DNA of 64,000 nucleotides, taken from an uncultured Chloroflexia bacterium. GTDB taxonomy: Bacteria > Chloroflexota > Limnocylindria > QHBO01. The position numbers were made by a program, and so were the translations under genes. Location: the NCBI GenBank assembly GCA_963750025.1, contig CAVVPF010000020.1, forward strand, positions 58,083 to 122,082. Direction: 5' to 3'. Shown here piece by piece: positions 34,586 through 45,686 of the stretch. How positions within the stretch are numbered: position 1 is the stretch's first letter; every line of letters starts with the position of its first letter. The notes below the pieces were generated by a model. It saw only the letters and a list, made by a program, of their open reading frames with translations, searched no databases and was not told the origin of the DNA.

Positions 34586-35607
34586 ACCTGAATGGCCGCG
34601 ATCTCGCGCTCGAACGCGGCGCGCATGGCCTGCTTCTCGCCCACATCCAGCCAGCTCGCCTCGATGCCGTCGAGGCTCACCGCCACGACCTCTGACCAGG
34701 TCAGCTCCAGGGCCTGCGCCACGCTCCGGTATTCCTGGCCGAGGTCCAGGTCGGTCATCGCCGGGTCGTCGGTGTTGAGCGTGGCCAGCAGCCCGGCCTG
34801 GCGCATGCGCCTGAACGGATGATCCTCCAGCCGCGCGTACTTGTTCGCGATCAGCACGTTGCTGTTCGGGCAGACGGTCAGGGGCGTCTGCTCTTCGGCC
34901 ACGCGGCGCGTCAGCTCGGGATCATCGAGGATCGCGAGGCCATGATCGATCCGTTCGATCTGGAGTGCGGCGAGGGCCGTCGCGATATTGGCCGGGCCGA
35001 GATCCTCGCCGGCGTGCCCGGTCCGCCGGAGCCCTTCCCGACGCGCCAGGGCGAAGGCATCGCTGAACTGCCGCGGGTCAACGGCCCTCTCGGTTGAGTC
35101 CATGCCGACCCCGATCACCCGTTCGGCTGCCCCGGCCCGCCGCAGCTCCGTGAGCAGGCTGACCAGCTCGAGCCCGGCGCTGCCTCCGAAGGCGCGGTCG
35201 ATATCGCAGATCAGCATGCAGCGCACCCCGGTCTCCTGCTCGGCCCGCTCGACACCGCGTGTCAGCCCGGCCACGATCTGCCCGAGCTTTTGCCCCACCG
35301 CCAGGTGGCGAGCCGGCGTGAAGAACATCTCGCGGTACCGCAGTCCATGCGGCGCGGCATCGACGATCGACTCGTAGGCGGCCCTCTCCCAGTCGGACGG
35401 ATCGACCAGCAGCTCCTGGACGAGCCAGAAGATGGCGAGGAAGGAATCCAGCGAGTGGTATCGGTACAGCTCGGTGGGATCCTCGGTCGGCAGCCGGCGG
35501 CCGTTCTTGCGGGCCAGCTCCACGACGGTCGAAGGACGAATCGTGCCTTCGACATGGCAATGCAGCTCGACCTTGGGAATTGCGTCATACGCGTCCGGCT
35601 CGGTCAC
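34582..35607 (-). CDS. add: adenosine (or adenine) deaminase
   Basis: GTG start; VTEPDAYDAIPKVELHCHVEGTIRP...TVCPNSN...; stop overlaps next gene start (ATGA). Confidence 0.75.
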   Translation of the reverse strand: MTEPDAYDAIPKVELHCHVEGTIRPSTVVELARKNGRRLPTEDPTELYRYHSLDSFLAIFWLVQELLVDPSDWERAAYESIVDAAPHGLRYREMFFTPARHLAVGQKLGQIVAGLTRGVERAEQETGVRCMLICDIDRAFGGSAGLELVSLLTELRRAGAAERVIGVGMDSTERAVDPRQFSDAFALARREGLRRTGHAGEDLGPANIATALAALQIERIDHGLAILDDPELTRRVAEEQTPLTVCPNSNVLIANKYARLEDHPFRRMRQAGLLATLNTDDPAMTDLDLGQEYRSVAQALELTWSEVVAVSLDGIEASWLDVGEKQAMRAAFEREIAAIQV

Positions 35608-35629
35608 TGCGCGCAGTCTAATAAGGCCG

Positions 35630-36211
35630 ATGAACCGATCGGGACCGGTTGGTGCGGTAATCCTGGCGGCCGGCACCTCCCGGCGCTTCGGCAGCGCCAA
35701 GCAGCTGGCGCTGTTGGACGGTCGCACTCTGCTCGAGCATGCCCTCGGCGCCGCGGTCGAGGCAGGGCTCAGTCCGGTCGTGGCCGTCGTTCCGATCTGG
35801 CTGACGCGCCCCGCCTCGCTCGACGGTGAGTGGCTGCGCTGGGTGCGCAACCCTCATCCGGAGCGGGGAGTCAGCGTCTCGCTGCGGCTCGGGCTGCGAG
35901 CTATCGGCGACGACGTGACGGCGGCCGTGATCCTGCTCGGCGATCAGCCCCGCCTCGGGCAATCGGTCATCCCGGCGCTGCTGGGGGCACGCGGAGATCG
36001 GCCCGTCGTTGCCACGGAGGCCGGGGGTCTCCTCGCGCCGCCCCTCCTGATCGAACGCAGCGCCTTCGGCCTGGCCGAGGCTGCGGTCGGCGACATCGGC
36101 CTCCGCCAGATCCTGCGTGACCACCCCGAGCTGGTCCGCGGCGTTCCGATCGATCGCCATGCTCCCGACATCGACACGCCCGACGATCTGGCCGCCCTCG
36201 ACCGCCCCTAG
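35630..36211 (+). CDS. mocA: MobA-like NTP transferase (molybdenum cofactor cytidylyltransferase MocA-like)
   Basis: MNRSGPVGAVILAAGTSRRFGSAKQLALLDGRTLLEHAL...DIDTPDDL; 23 bp divergent from add. Confidence 0.65.
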   Translation: MNRSGPVGAVILAAGTSRRFGSAKQLALLDGRTLLEHALGAAVEAGLSPVVAVVPIWLTRPASLDGEWLRWVRNPHPERGVSVSLRLGLRAIGDDVTAAVILLGDQPRLGQSVIPALLGARGDRPVVATEAGGLLAPPLLIERSAFGLAEAAVGDIGLRQILRDHPELVRGVPIDRHAPDIDTPDDLAALDRP

Positions 36212-36220
36212 AATGACCCG

Positions 36221-37261
36221 GTGACCATCGACCGCATCGCGAGCGCCGAAGTCGCCGAGGACGAGATCGCCCTGGAATCGACGGTGCGCCCTCGTCGCCT
36301 CGACGAGTTCGCCGGCCAGGACCGAGTCAAGGAGAACCTGGCGATCCTGATCGATGCCGCACAGCATCGTGCCGAGCCGGTCGATCACATCCTGCTGTAC
36401 GGCCCTCCGGGACTCGGCAAGACGACCCTGGCCAATATCGTGGCGGCCGAGATGGGTGCGCAGATTCGCACCACCTCTGGCCCGGCGATCGAGCGCGCCG
36501 GCGACCTCGCCGCGGTGCTCACCGCCCTGAATAAGGGTGACGTCCTGTTCATCGACGAGATCCATCGCCTCTCGCACGTGGTGGAGGAGATCCTGTACCC
36601 GGCGATGGAGGACTTTGCACTCGACGTGGTGCTGGGCAAGGGTCCGGGAGCGCGGACGGTCAGGCTGCAGATCGAGCAGATCACCGTGATCGGGGCGACC
36701 ACTCGGGTCGGCAGCATCACCGGGCCGTTGCGCGACCGTTTCGGGGTGACCTACCGCCTCGACTATTACGGGCAGGCCGACCTGCAACTGATCCTGCGGC
36801 GCAGCGCGGAGATCCTCGGCGTGGCGCTCGAGCCGGAGGCGGCCCCCATCGTGGCCCGCCGCAGCCGCGGCACGCCGCGCATCGCAAACCGGCTGCTGAG
36901 GCGGGTTCGCGACTTTGCCCAGGTGCGCGGTTCAGGAGACGGCCGCGTCACCGCCGCCCTGGCGACCGATGCGCTCGACCTGCTGGAGATCGATCGGCTC
37001 GGGCTGGACGCGCTCGACCGGCAGCTGCTGCGGGCCATCGCGGAGCACCACGGTGGTGGTCCGGTCGGCCTGCAGACCATGGCCGCCACCATCTCGGAGC
37101 CGGTCGAGACGCTCGAGGATGTGATCGAGCCGTACCTCATGCAGATCGGCCTGCTGGCCCGCACCTCGCGTGGTCGGCAGCTGACCCCGGGCGCCTGGGA
37201 GCACCTTGGCCTGACACCTCCGGCCAACGGGGCGACACCTCAACCGGGGCTCTTCGACTAG
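36221..37261 (+). CDS. ruvB: Holliday junction DNA helicase RuvB
   Basis: GTG 36221; [14 protein letters not shown]...[22 protein letters not shown]...[10 protein letters not shown]...; intact. Confidence 0.9.
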   Translation: MTIDRIASAEVAEDEIALESTVRPRRLDEFAGQDRVKENLAILIDAAQHRAEPVDHILLYGPPGLGKTTLANIVAAEMGAQIRTTSGPAIERAGDLAAVLTALNKGDVLFIDEIHRLSHVVEEILYPAMEDFALDVVLGKGPGARTVRLQIEQITVIGATTRVGSITGPLRDRFGVTYRLDYYGQADLQLILRRSAEILGVALEPEAAPIVARRSRGTPRIANRLLRRVRDFAQVRGSGDGRVTAALATDALDLLEIDRLGLDALDRQLLRAIAEHHGGGPVGLQTMAATISEPVETLEDVIEPYLMQIGLLARTSRGRQLTPGAWEHLGLTPPANGATPQPGLFD

Positions 37262-37393
37262 GCCAACATCGGCCCGGGACCCCGTGCGGAAAGGCCCTTC
37301 CCACCGGTGGCGGCCGGAGTAGCATCGGCGCGGCCGCGTCCCCGCCCTGGTAAGCGCGGGGACGGGCTCGCACGGATGGAGGGCAGGTATATC

Positions 37394-38758
37394 GTGGAGT
37401 CTTACTTCAAGTTTGCCGAACGGGGGACCACGCTAGGGACGGAGGTACGCGCCGGGGTCACCACCTTCATGGTGATGGCCTACATCATCTTCCTGAATCC
37501 CGGAATTCTGTCGGCGGCGGGCCTCGACCCGGTTGCGGGAGCTGCCGCCACGGCACTCATCGCCGGGATCATGACGATCGCGATGGGGATCGTCGCCAAC
37601 TACCCGCTGGCACTGGCCGCCGGCCTGGGGATCAACGCGGTGGTCGCCTTCACCCTCGTGCTCGGAAAGGGACTATCCCTTCCAGGTGCCATGGGTGTCA
37701 TCGTCCTCGAGGGCGTGGTCGTCACCGTCCTGGTGGTCGTTGGCCTCCGGGAAGCGATCATGGCTGCCGTGCCGTTGGCGCTGAAGCGAGCGATCGGCGT
37801 CGGCATCGGCCTGTTCATCCTGTTCATCGGCTTCGTGAACGGAGGCGCCATCGTCTCGCCGGAAGGCGGGGTTCCGCCGGTCGTCCCGGTCTTCCCGACC
37901 GAGCCGGCGCAGTTCGTCTTCTGGGCGGGTCTGGCGCTCACCATCGCCCTGTGGGTGCTGAAGATTCGCGGCGCACTGATCATCAGCATCTTCACCACCA
38001 CCGTGGTGGCGATCATTGCCAATTCGATCAGCGGCAATACCGCCTTCGGGCCGGGGCAGGCGGTGATTCCGGCGCTCAAGGACCTCGTCGCCACTCCGAA
38101 CTTCAGCACGCTGGGCAAGTTCGATCTGGGGAATGTCTTCGCCCAACTCGGCATGTTGACGGCGATCCTCACGATCTTCGCCATCATGCTCACCGACTTC
38201 TTCGACACCATGGGCACGGTCACCGGCGTCGCCGCCGAGGCCGGTCTGGCGAGGGAGGATGGTTCGGTGCCGGGCATCGGCCGTGTGCTGTTTGTCGATA
38301 GCGTGGCGGCCATCGCTGGTGGCGCCGCCGGCATCTCCTCGAACACGACCTACATCGAGAGTGCGGCGGGCGTCGCGGAGGGCGGCCGAACCGGCTTCAC
38401 CTCGGTCATCACCGGGGTCCTCTTCCTTGCAGCGATCTTTCTTTCGCCGCTGGCAGGGATCGTGCCCGCCCAGGCAACGGCGCCCGCGCTGATACTGGTC
38501 GGCTACCTGATGTTCACCCTGATCAGCGACATCAACGTTCGGGACATGGAGGACGGCATCCCCGCCCTGCTGACCATGATCCTGATGCCGCTCACCTACG
38601 ACATCACGGTCGGCATCGGCGCCGGCTTCATCAGCTGGGTGGCGATCAAGGTCTTCAAGGGCAAGATGGGCGAGATCCATCCCCTGATGTGGCTCGTCGC
38701 CGCGGCCTTCGTGGTCTTCTTCGCCAAGGACTGGATCGCCAAGCTGATTGGCGGCTAG
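37394..38758 (+). CDS. NCS2 family purine permease (AzgA-like)
   Basis: ggaggg RBS then GTG 37394 (alternative ATG 37376); VESYFKFAERGTTLGTEVRAGVTTFMVMAYIIFLNP...; multiple TM segments. Confidence 0.75.
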   Translation: MESYFKFAERGTTLGTEVRAGVTTFMVMAYIIFLNPGILSAAGLDPVAGAAATALIAGIMTIAMGIVANYPLALAAGLGINAVVAFTLVLGKGLSLPGAMGVIVLEGVVVTVLVVVGLREAIMAAVPLALKRAIGVGIGLFILFIGFVNGGAIVSPEGGVPPVVPVFPTEPAQFVFWAGLALTIALWVLKIRGALIISIFTTTVVAIIANSISGNTAFGPGQAVIPALKDLVATPNFSTLGKFDLGNVFAQLGMLTAILTIFAIMLTDFFDTMGTVTGVAAEAGLAREDGSVPGIGRVLFVDSVAAIAGGAAGISSNTTYIESAAGVAEGGRTGFTSVITGVLFLAAIFLSPLAGIVPAQATAPALILVGYLMFTLISDINVRDMEDGIPALLTMILMPLTYDITVGIGAGFISWVAIKVFKGKMGEIHPLMWLVAAAFVVFFAKDWIAKLIGG

Positions 38759-38822
38759 CGCGAAGGTCACACCGATGGCGCCCGGCCGGGCTCTCCGGCC
38801 GGGCGCTAGTCTTTCCGGGCCG

Positions 38823-39905
38823 ATGGCCACGCAGAACGATCCGGCGCGCCTGCGCGTCGACGATTTCGCCTACCCGTTGCCCCCAAGGGCGATTGCCCAG
38901 GTGCCCGCGGAGCCGCGCGACGCGGCGCGCCTGCTCGTCCTGGACCGATCAGCCTCGGCCCCGGGCCAACCGGCGCTGTCGAACCGTATTGTTCGCGAGC
39001 TCGGCGGGCTGCTGCGCTCCGGAGACCTGCTGGTGGTCAACGACTCCCGGGTGATCCCGGCGCGCCTGTCGGCAACGCCGGCGGGAGGGGGTCGGGCTGA
39101 GGTCCTGCTGCTCCGCCCGATCAATGACGGCAGCGGTCGCTGGGAGGCGCTGGTACGACCCTCGCGCCGCATCGCCGTCGGCTCGTGGCTGCTCACGCGC
39201 AGCGGCGACCGGATCGAGGTGGGGGAGCGGCTGGTCGGCGGCACCCGCGCGATCGGTTTCGAGCGAGATGCCCACGCTGTGCTGGCCGAGGCGGGCGAGG
39301 TCCCTTTGCCGCCCTACATCCACGACCGTTCCGCGCCGGCGGAGCGCTACCAGACGGTCTATGCGCGGCCACCCGGTTCCGCTGCCGCGCCCACCGCCGG
39401 GCTGCATTTCACGGCCGACCTGCTCGCCTCGCTGGAGGCTGCTGGCATCCGGCGAGCCAGCGTCACCCTGCACGTCGGACTCGACACCTTTCGACCACTG
39501 GAGGGTGAGTTCATCGACCAGCACCGCATCCACCGGGAGTGGTACGAGCTGCCGCCTGCCACGGCGGCGGCGCTGGCGGACACGGAGCGCGCCGGCGGAC
39601 GCGTGGTAGCGGTCGGCACGACCACGGTCCGGGTGCTCGAGACGGCGGCCCGCACCGGCGCGACGGCAGGTTGGAGCGACCTGTACATCACGCCTCCCCA
39701 CGCCTTTCGGGTGGTGGATGCGCTGATCACCAACTTCCACCTGCCCAGGAGCTCACTGCTGCTGCTGGTCACCGCCTTCGTGCAGGCAGGGATGGGAGAA
39801 GTGGGCGTCTTCGAGGCACGCGACACGCTGCTGGCAGCCTACCGGGCCGCATTGGCCGGGGGGTATCGGTTCTTCAGCTTCGGCGACGCCATGTTCATCG
39901 GCTAG
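38823..39905 (+). CDS. queA: S-adenosylmethionine:tRNA ribosyltransferase-isomerase
   Basis: RVDDFAYPLPPRAIAQVPAEPRDAARLLVL...VNDSRVIPARL...LPPYI...AAPTAGLHFT...VGTTTVRVLE. Confidence 0.85.
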   Translation: MATQNDPARLRVDDFAYPLPPRAIAQVPAEPRDAARLLVLDRSASAPGQPALSNRIVRELGGLLRSGDLLVVNDSRVIPARLSATPAGGGRAEVLLLRPINDGSGRWEALVRPSRRIAVGSWLLTRSGDRIEVGERLVGGTRAIGFERDAHAVLAEAGEVPLPPYIHDRSAPAERYQTVYARPPGSAAAPTAGLHFTADLLASLEAAGIRRASVTLHVGLDTFRPLEGEFIDQHRIHREWYELPPATAAALADTERAGGRVVAVGTTTVRVLETAARTGATAGWSDLYITPPHAFRVVDALITNFHLPRSSLLLLVTAFVQAGMGEVGVFEARDTLLAAYRAALAGGYRFFSFGDAMFIG

Positions 39906-39906
39906 G

Positions 39907-41049
39907 GTGGCTGCCGTGACCTCGCCGATCTCATTCTCCTTCCGCGCCTCGACGACCGGGCAGGCTCGGCTCGGCACGCTGACGACGCCTCACGGTGTGA
40001 TCGACACGCCGCAGTTCATGCCGGTCGGCACGCAGGCGACGGTGAAGAGCCTGACTCCTGGCGACCTACGCAGCGCGGGGGCCCAGATCATCCTGGCCAA
40101 CACCTACCACCTGTCGCTGCGGCCCGGGCACGAACGCATCGCGCGGTTAGGCGGGCTCCATCGGTTCATGGGCTGGGATGGGCCGATCCTGACCGATTCG
40201 GGCGGCTTCCAGGTCTTCAGCCTCGGACACATGGGGCGAGTCGACGACGACGGCGTCACCTTCACCAGCCATCTCGACGGAGCGCCACAGCGGCTGACTC
40301 CCGAGCGCGCAGTCGAGATCCAGGAAGCGTTGGGCAGTGACATCGCCATGGCCTTCGACCAGCTGGTCGACGCGACCCTGCCGGCCGCAAGGGTGAGCGA
40401 GGCGATGGAGCGAACCCACCGCTGGGCGGCGCGCTGCCTGGCCGCGCGGACCCGCCCCGATCAGGCGCTGTTCGGGATCGTCCAGGGCGGCGTGGACCCC
40501 GAGCTCCGCCGGCGCAGCGTGGCGGCCATTGCCGCGTTGCCCTTCGATGGGATGGCCATCGGAGGGCTGTCGGTGGGGGAGAGCAAGGCCGACATGGCGC
40601 ACACGCTCGAGGTGGTGATCGATGCGCTCGGCGACGATCAACGCGTGCGCTACCTGATGGGCGTTGGGTCACCTCCTGACTTCTTCGATGCGGTGGAGCG
40701 CGGCGTCGACCTGTTTGACTGCGTTCTGCCCACCCGCGTGGCGCGCAATGGTCAGCTGTGGACCAGCGAAGGGAAGCTCAACCTGCGGAACGCGCGCTTC
40801 CTCGACGACGCCGGACCGATCGACCCGGCGTGCGGCTGCGAAGCCTGCCGCAACCACTCGCGGGCATACCTCGCCCACCTCTTTCGAGCCGAGGAGTTGC
40901 TCGCCTATCGCCTCGCCTCGCTGCATAACCTCACCTATACTCTGGACCTGATGCGCCAGATCCGAGCGGCTCTCGCCGACGGGTCGTTCGCGTCAGTGCG
41001 GGAAGCCGTCACAGCGCATTACGGTGACCGTCGGACCGAGGTTCGCTAA
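39907..41049 (+). CDS. tgt: tRNA-guanine transglycosylase
   Basis: GTG start; HGVIDTPQFMPVGTQATVK...LTDSGGFQVFSL...CGCEACRNHSRAYLAHL. Confidence 0.85.
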   Translation: MAAVTSPISFSFRASTTGQARLGTLTTPHGVIDTPQFMPVGTQATVKSLTPGDLRSAGAQIILANTYHLSLRPGHERIARLGGLHRFMGWDGPILTDSGGFQVFSLGHMGRVDDDGVTFTSHLDGAPQRLTPERAVEIQEALGSDIAMAFDQLVDATLPAARVSEAMERTHRWAARCLAARTRPDQALFGIVQGGVDPELRRRSVAAIAALPFDGMAIGGLSVGESKADMAHTLEVVIDALGDDQRVRYLMGVGSPPDFFDAVERGVDLFDCVLPTRVARNGQLWTSEGKLNLRNARFLDDAGPIDPACGCEACRNHSRAYLAHLFRAEELLAYRLASLHNLTYTLDLMRQIRAALADGSFASVREAVTAHYGDRRTEVR

Positions 41050-41131
41050 GTCGGAGCTAAGGGGCCGATAAGGCCTCATCGGTCAGGCTGGCGGACACCT
41101 CGACCGGTCAAGATCGGAGGTCAGGCTCGAC

Positions 41132-41290
41132 ATGGCCAAGGGGCGAGATCGACCGCGCCATCAGGAGAAGCGCAAGCCCAAGGAGAAGGCGCCCAAGATC
41201 CAACCGGCATCGGCCTATGACCAGCCGATGACGGTCGAGGTGATCAAGAAGAAGCGCAAGCCGCGCAGCGAACCCGGCGAGGAGGCTTGA
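41132..41290 (+). CDS. small lysine/arginine-rich hypothetical protein (52 aa)
   Basis: ggagg at 41115-41119 then ATG 41132; MAKGRDRPRHQEKRKPKEKAPKIQPASAYDQPMTVEVIKKKRKPRSEPGEEA*; below the 60-aa cutoff of the ORF track. Confidence 0.35.
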   Translation: MAKGRDRPRHQEKRKPKEKAPKIQPASAYDQPMTVEVIKKKRKPRSEPGEEA

Positions 41291-41335
41291 CCTGATTCGC
41301 CGCCGGGAGTGACGAGAGAAGGAGCCCGCGAGACC

Positions 41336-42406
41336 ATGGACGCCCCGGTGGCACCCGCCCAGGAACAGACCCCCACCCCGCGCACTGGAGAGCGCGGCCG
41401 CGCGGTCGATGCCGCCATCCTGCAGATCGAGAAGCAGTTCGGCCGCGGCGCGATCATGCGGCTCGGCGACAAGGGCGCCAAGATGGTGGTCGAGGTCGTG
41501 CCCACCGGCTCAGTGGCGCTCGACCTGGCGCTCGGCGTGGGCGGCGTGCCGCGCGGCCGGATCACCGAGATCTACGGCCCGGAGTCGAGCGGCAAGACGA
41601 CCCTGTGCTACCACATCGCGGCCAACGCGCAGCGTGCCGGCGGCTTCGTGGCCTTCATCGACGCGGAGCACGCGCTCGACCCCGGCTATGCCCGCAACGT
41701 CGGAGTCAACGTCGATGACCTGCTCGTCTCGCAGCCCGACACCGGCGAGCAGGCGCTGGAGATCGCCGAGACGCTGATCCGCAGCAACGGAGTCGACGTG
41801 GTGATCATCGACTCGGTAGCGGCGCTCGTGCCGCGAGCGGAGATCGAGGGCGACATGGGCGACAGCTTCATGGGCCTGCAGGCTCGCCTGATGAGCCAGG
41901 CGCTGCGCAAGCTGGCCGGGGCCATCAACCGGTCGAACACCGCGCTGATCTTCACCAACCAGCTGCGCGAAAAGATCGGCGTCATGTTCGGCAGCCCGGA
42001 GACGACGCCCGGCGGTCGGGCCCTCAAGTTCTACGCCTCGATCCGGATGGACATCCGGCGCATCGAGACGCTTAAGAACGGAACCGATGCGATCGGGTCG
42101 CGAACCCGCGTCAAGGTGGTGAAGAACAAGGTCGCCAGCCCATTCCGGCTGGCGGAGTTCGACATCATGTACAACGAGGGGATCAGCCGCGAGGGCGGCC
42201 TGCTCGATGTCGGGATCGCCGCCGGCATCCTGTCCAAGACTGGGGCCTGGTTCAACTACGGGGAGACCCGGCTCGGCCAGGGACGCGAGAACGCCCGCGA
42301 CTTCCTCAAGGGCCACCCCGAGCTGGCCGACAAGATCGACAACGAGATCCGCGGCAAGGTCTCATCGATCGAGATCGGGGTCGGGGGCATCTCGGAGGCG
42401 GAGTAG
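41336..42406 (+). CDS. recA: recombinase RecA
   Basis: gaaggag RBS then ATG 41336; [20 protein letters not shown]...[10 protein letters not shown]... Confidence 0.9.
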   Translation: MDAPVAPAQEQTPTPRTGERGRAVDAAILQIEKQFGRGAIMRLGDKGAKMVVEVVPTGSVALDLALGVGGVPRGRITEIYGPESSGKTTLCYHIAANAQRAGGFVAFIDAEHALDPGYARNVGVNVDDLLVSQPDTGEQALEIAETLIRSNGVDVVIIDSVAALVPRAEIEGDMGDSFMGLQARLMSQALRKLAGAINRSNTALIFTNQLREKIGVMFGSPETTPGGRALKFYASIRMDIRRIETLKNGTDAIGSRTRVKVVKNKVASPFRLAEFDIMYNEGISREGGLLDVGIAAGILSKTGAWFNYGETRLGQGRENARDFLKGHPELADKIDNEIRGKVSSIEIGVGGISEAE

Positions 42407-42424
42407 GGGAGTCGACCCAACCCG

Positions 42425-42979
42425 ATGCCTGACCGCCGCCGCCCGCGCGATGCAAAGGTTGGCGAGCGCCCGGCGCCCGATGCCGAGGCTGCCCTCGAGA
42501 TCGCCGTTCACTTCCTGGGGGCGCGTCCACGGACTCAGTGGGAGCTGGAGCGACGACTTCGCAGAGCCGCGGCGAGCGACGCGGTGATCTCGGCCACCCT
42601 TGAACGCCTGGCGGCCATGGGCTACGTCGACGACACCGCCTTCACCCGATGGTGGGCGGAGCAGCGCGACCGCCACGCTCCGCGTGGACGCCGCATGCTC
42701 GAGGCCGAGCTGCGCCAGCGCGGCGTGCCGCCGGAGCTGCTCGAATCGCTGCGCGGCGTTGAGTTAACGGAGCCGGGGCTCGATGGCGAGGTGCTCCCCG
42801 GCACTGAGGCCGACCGGGCGCGGGTCGCCCTGAACCGCCACCTGAGGGGTCGTCCACTGCCCGACGGCATCAGGGCGGTCCAGCGCCTGGGGGCGTTCCT
42901 CATGCGCCGCGGCTTCGACCCGGAGACGGTCCGCGCGACCCTGCGCGCCGCAGGCGACGACGACTCCGAGGACGGCTGA
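42425..42979 (+). CDS. recX: RecA regulator RecX
   Basis: ...ALEIAVHFLGARPRTQWELERRLRRAA...YVDDTAFTRWWAE... Confidence 0.75.
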   Translation: MPDRRRPRDAKVGERPAPDAEAALEIAVHFLGARPRTQWELERRLRRAAASDAVISATLERLAAMGYVDDTAFTRWWAEQRDRHAPRGRRMLEAELRQRGVPPELLESLRGVELTEPGLDGEVLPGTEADRARVALNRHLRGRPLPDGIRAVQRLGAFLMRRGFDPETVRATLRAAGDDDSEDG

Positions 42980-42995
42980 GCGCTACCCTGCGCCC

Positions 42996-43946
42996 ATGCG
43001 CTGCGCCCTGATGACCGAGCCCCAACAGGGGCTCAGCTACATGGAGATCCTGGCCCTGGCGCGTGCCGCGGAATCGGCTGGGCTGGAAGCCTTCTTCCGC
43101 TCGGATCACTACGGCTCGTTTCCCGGACCGGCGGACGAACCGACGACCGATGCGTGGACCACGCTGGCGGGCCTGGCGCGCGATACGGCCACAATCCGGA
43201 TCGGCTCGCTTGTGTCGCCGATCACCTTCCGCATCCCGGGCAGCTTCGCCAAGGTGGTCGCCACTGTCGACGAGATGAGCGGTGGGCGGGTCGAGGTTGG
43301 AATCGGGGCCGGTTGGAACGACGAGGAGCACCTCCGGCTGGGGATCCCCTTTCCGTCTCTGCGTGAGCGCTATGACCGGTTGGAGGAGGCCCTGGCCATC
43401 GTGCATGGGCTGTGGACTGAGCCTGACGGCTGGAGCTACGCTGGACGCCACTGGCAGGTGCACGACGCCCTCTTTCGGCCCCGGCCGACCTATTCCGGCA
43501 AGCGACACCCGCACCTGATCCTCGGCGGCGATGGGGGACCCCGCCTGGCCAGGCTGGTGGCCACCTGGGCGGACGAATTCAACCGCCAGTCGGCGACGCC
43601 CGATCGCCTGCGGGAGGCCTACGGCCGGGTCAGAGCGGCATGCGTCAAGGCCGGCCGTGATCCGGACACCGTGGTCCGCTCGGCGATGGTGGGAGTGCTG
43701 GTGGCGGAGACCAAGCGTGAGCTGCGGGACCGCATCCGTCAGCAGGCGGCGGTGGTCGGGGCCGGCGACGACGCTGACGCGTGGCTCGCCGAGCGGCGCG
43801 GCCGCTGGATCATCGGCACCCCGGACGAGGCGCACGAGCACATCGAGGCGCTGGGGGCGGCCGGTGCGCAGCGGATCATGCTCCAGGACTTCCTGCCGCG
43901 CGACCTCGAGATGGTGAGGCTGCTGGGTCGCATCGCCGCCGGCTGA
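42996..43946 (+). CDS. luciferase-like monooxygenase family (F420-dependent type) oxidoreductase
   Basis: MEILALARAAESAGLEAFFRSDHY...GRVEVGIGAGWNDEEH... Confidence 0.65.
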   Translation: MRCALMTEPQQGLSYMEILALARAAESAGLEAFFRSDHYGSFPGPADEPTTDAWTTLAGLARDTATIRIGSLVSPITFRIPGSFAKVVATVDEMSGGRVEVGIGAGWNDEEHLRLGIPFPSLRERYDRLEEALAIVHGLWTEPDGWSYAGRHWQVHDALFRPRPTYSGKRHPHLILGGDGGPRLARLVATWADEFNRQSATPDRLREAYGRVRAACVKAGRDPDTVVRSAMVGVLVAETKRELRDRIRQQAAVVGAGDDADAWLAERRGRWIIGTPDEAHEHIEALGAAGAQRIMLQDFLPRDLEMVRLLGRIAAG

Positions 43947-44153
43947 CGCGGCGCTGACGGGCATCGGCAGGGCCGCGCGCATGCCACTGAGACACCCCCA
44001 GCGTGGACCCGCGCCCTTTGCGCTACACTCGCCCGAAGGCCGCTCCTGCGCCCAATCACCAGAGCAGGATCGACCGCTGACTACGATCCCCTGACCGTGC
44101 CGCGCGGGCGGCTCGAAACTCGCCCATGCGGGCTCCAACCACCGGAGGAGCCG

Positions 44154-45686
44154 ATGCCTGATACCCTCGTCGCCGTCGGGGCGGCGTTTGTCGCCCTTCT
44201 CGTCGGAATCGTGCTCGGATACCTGGCGCGCCGCTTTTTGGCCGCGAACAGCGTGAAGCATGCCGAAGGCTATGCCGAACGAATCATCGGAGAGGCGCGC
44301 ACCAAGCAGAAGGAGATCGTCCTCGAGGGGAAGGACGACGCGCTCAAGCTGCAACGCGCGGCTGAGGAGGAGGCACGCGAGAAGCGTGCCGATCTGCAGC
44401 GGCAGGAGCGCCTCGTGCTCGATCGCGGTGAGAGCCTTGACCGCAAGGTCGAGTCGGTCGAACGCCGCGAGGCGGCATTCGAGGAGCGCCAACGCGAGCT
44501 CGAAGCCGAGAAGGCGCACCTCGCTGAGCTGCAGCAGCGCCAGCTGATCGAGCTCGAGCGTGTCAGCGGGCTGTCGGCCAACGAGGCACGTCAGAGCCTG
44601 ATTCAGCAGGTCGTCGACGAGGCCCGGGCGGAGGCGCACCATCAGGTCCGTGAGATCGAGCGGCGCGCCACCGAGGAAGGGGAGGAGCGCGCCCGACGGG
44701 TACTCACGACCGTCATGCAACGGATCGCCTCCGACCATACCTCCGAGACCACGGTGACCGTGGTGCCCCTCCCGTCTGAAGAGATGAAGGGGAGGATCAT
44801 CGGTCGCGAGGGGCGCAATATCCGCGCCCTTGAGCAGGCGACCGGGGTCGACCTGATCATCGACGACACCCCCGAGGCTGTCGTCCTCTCCGGATTCGAC
44901 CCGGTGCGTCGCGAAGTGGCGCGCATGGCGCTGACCAAGCTGATCAGCGATGGACGGATCCATCCGGGCCGCATCGAAGAGGTGGTGGCCAAGTGCCGCA
45001 CCGAGATCGAGGTGGTCATGCGCCAGGCGGGTGAGCAGGCCGCCTACGACGCCGGGGTGCCGGGCCTGCACCCGGAGCTGATCAAACTGCTGGGGCGTCT
45101 CAAATACCGGACCAGCTACGGTCAGAACGTGCTGGACCACTGCATCGAGACGGGACGCCTGGCCGGCCTGCTGGCTGCCGAAATCGGGGCCGACGTGGCC
45201 GAGTCGAAGAAGGGCGGCCTGCTGCACGACATCGGCAAAGCGGTCGACCACGAGGTTGAGGGGCCCCACGCCCTGATCGGCGGGGACATTGCGAAGCGCT
45301 ACGGCGTCAACGCGGTGGTCTGCAACTGCATCGCCGCGCACCATCAGGAGGTCGAACAGGAGTCGATCGAAGCTACCGTGGTGCAGATCGCTGATGCCAT
45401 CAGCGCTTCGCGTCCGGGGGCGCGAGGCGAGTCGCTCGACAACTACGTCAAGCGGCTCGACGACCTCCAGCAGATCGCACTGAGCTTCCCCGGCGTGGAA
45501 CGCTGTTACGCCATCCAGGCCGGACGCGAGATCAGGATCCTGGTTCGGCCGGAGGATATCGACGACCTGGCGTCCAGTCGGCTTGCCCGCGACGTCGTCA
45601 AGAAGATCGAGGAACAGCTCCGGTACCCCGGCCAGATCAAGGTGACCGTGATCCGCGAGACGCGCGCGGTCGACTACGCTCGATGA
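44154..45686 (+). CDS. rny: ribonuclease Y
   Basis: N-terminal TM helix, coiled coil, KH ([17 protein letters not shown]) and HD ([12 protein letters not shown]) domains. Confidence 0.85.
   Translation: MPDTLVAVGAAFVALLVGIVLGYLARRFLAANSVKHAEGYAERIIGEARTKQKEIVLEGKDDALKLQRAAEEEAREKRADLQRQERLVLDRGESLDRKVESVERREAAFEERQRELEAEKAHLAELQQRQLIELERVSGLSANEARQSLIQQVVDEARAEAHHQVREIERRATEEGEERARRVLTTVMQRIASDHTSETTVTVVPLPSEEMKGRIIGREGRNIRALEQATGVDLIIDDTPEAVVLSGFDPVRREVARMALTKLISDGRIHPGRIEEVVAKCRTEIEVVMRQAGEQAAYDAGVPGLHPELIKLLGRLKYRTSYGQNVLDHCIETGRLAGLLAAEIGADVAESKKGGLLHDIGKAVDHEVEGPHALIGGDIAKRYGVNAVVCNCIAAHHQEVEQESIEATVVQIADAISASRPGARGESLDNYVKRLDDLQQIALSFPGVERCYAIQAGREIRILVRPEDIDDLASSRLARDVVKKIEEQLRYPGQIKVTVIRETRAVDYAR

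Noticed and set aside
37262-37393. Purine riboswitch before the NCS2 permease
   Set aside because: The sequence does not fit the conserved purine-riboswitch core.
42900-45344. 814-aa minus-strand ORF
   Set aside because: It is antisense to recX, the LLM oxidoreductase and rny, with no protein-like features.
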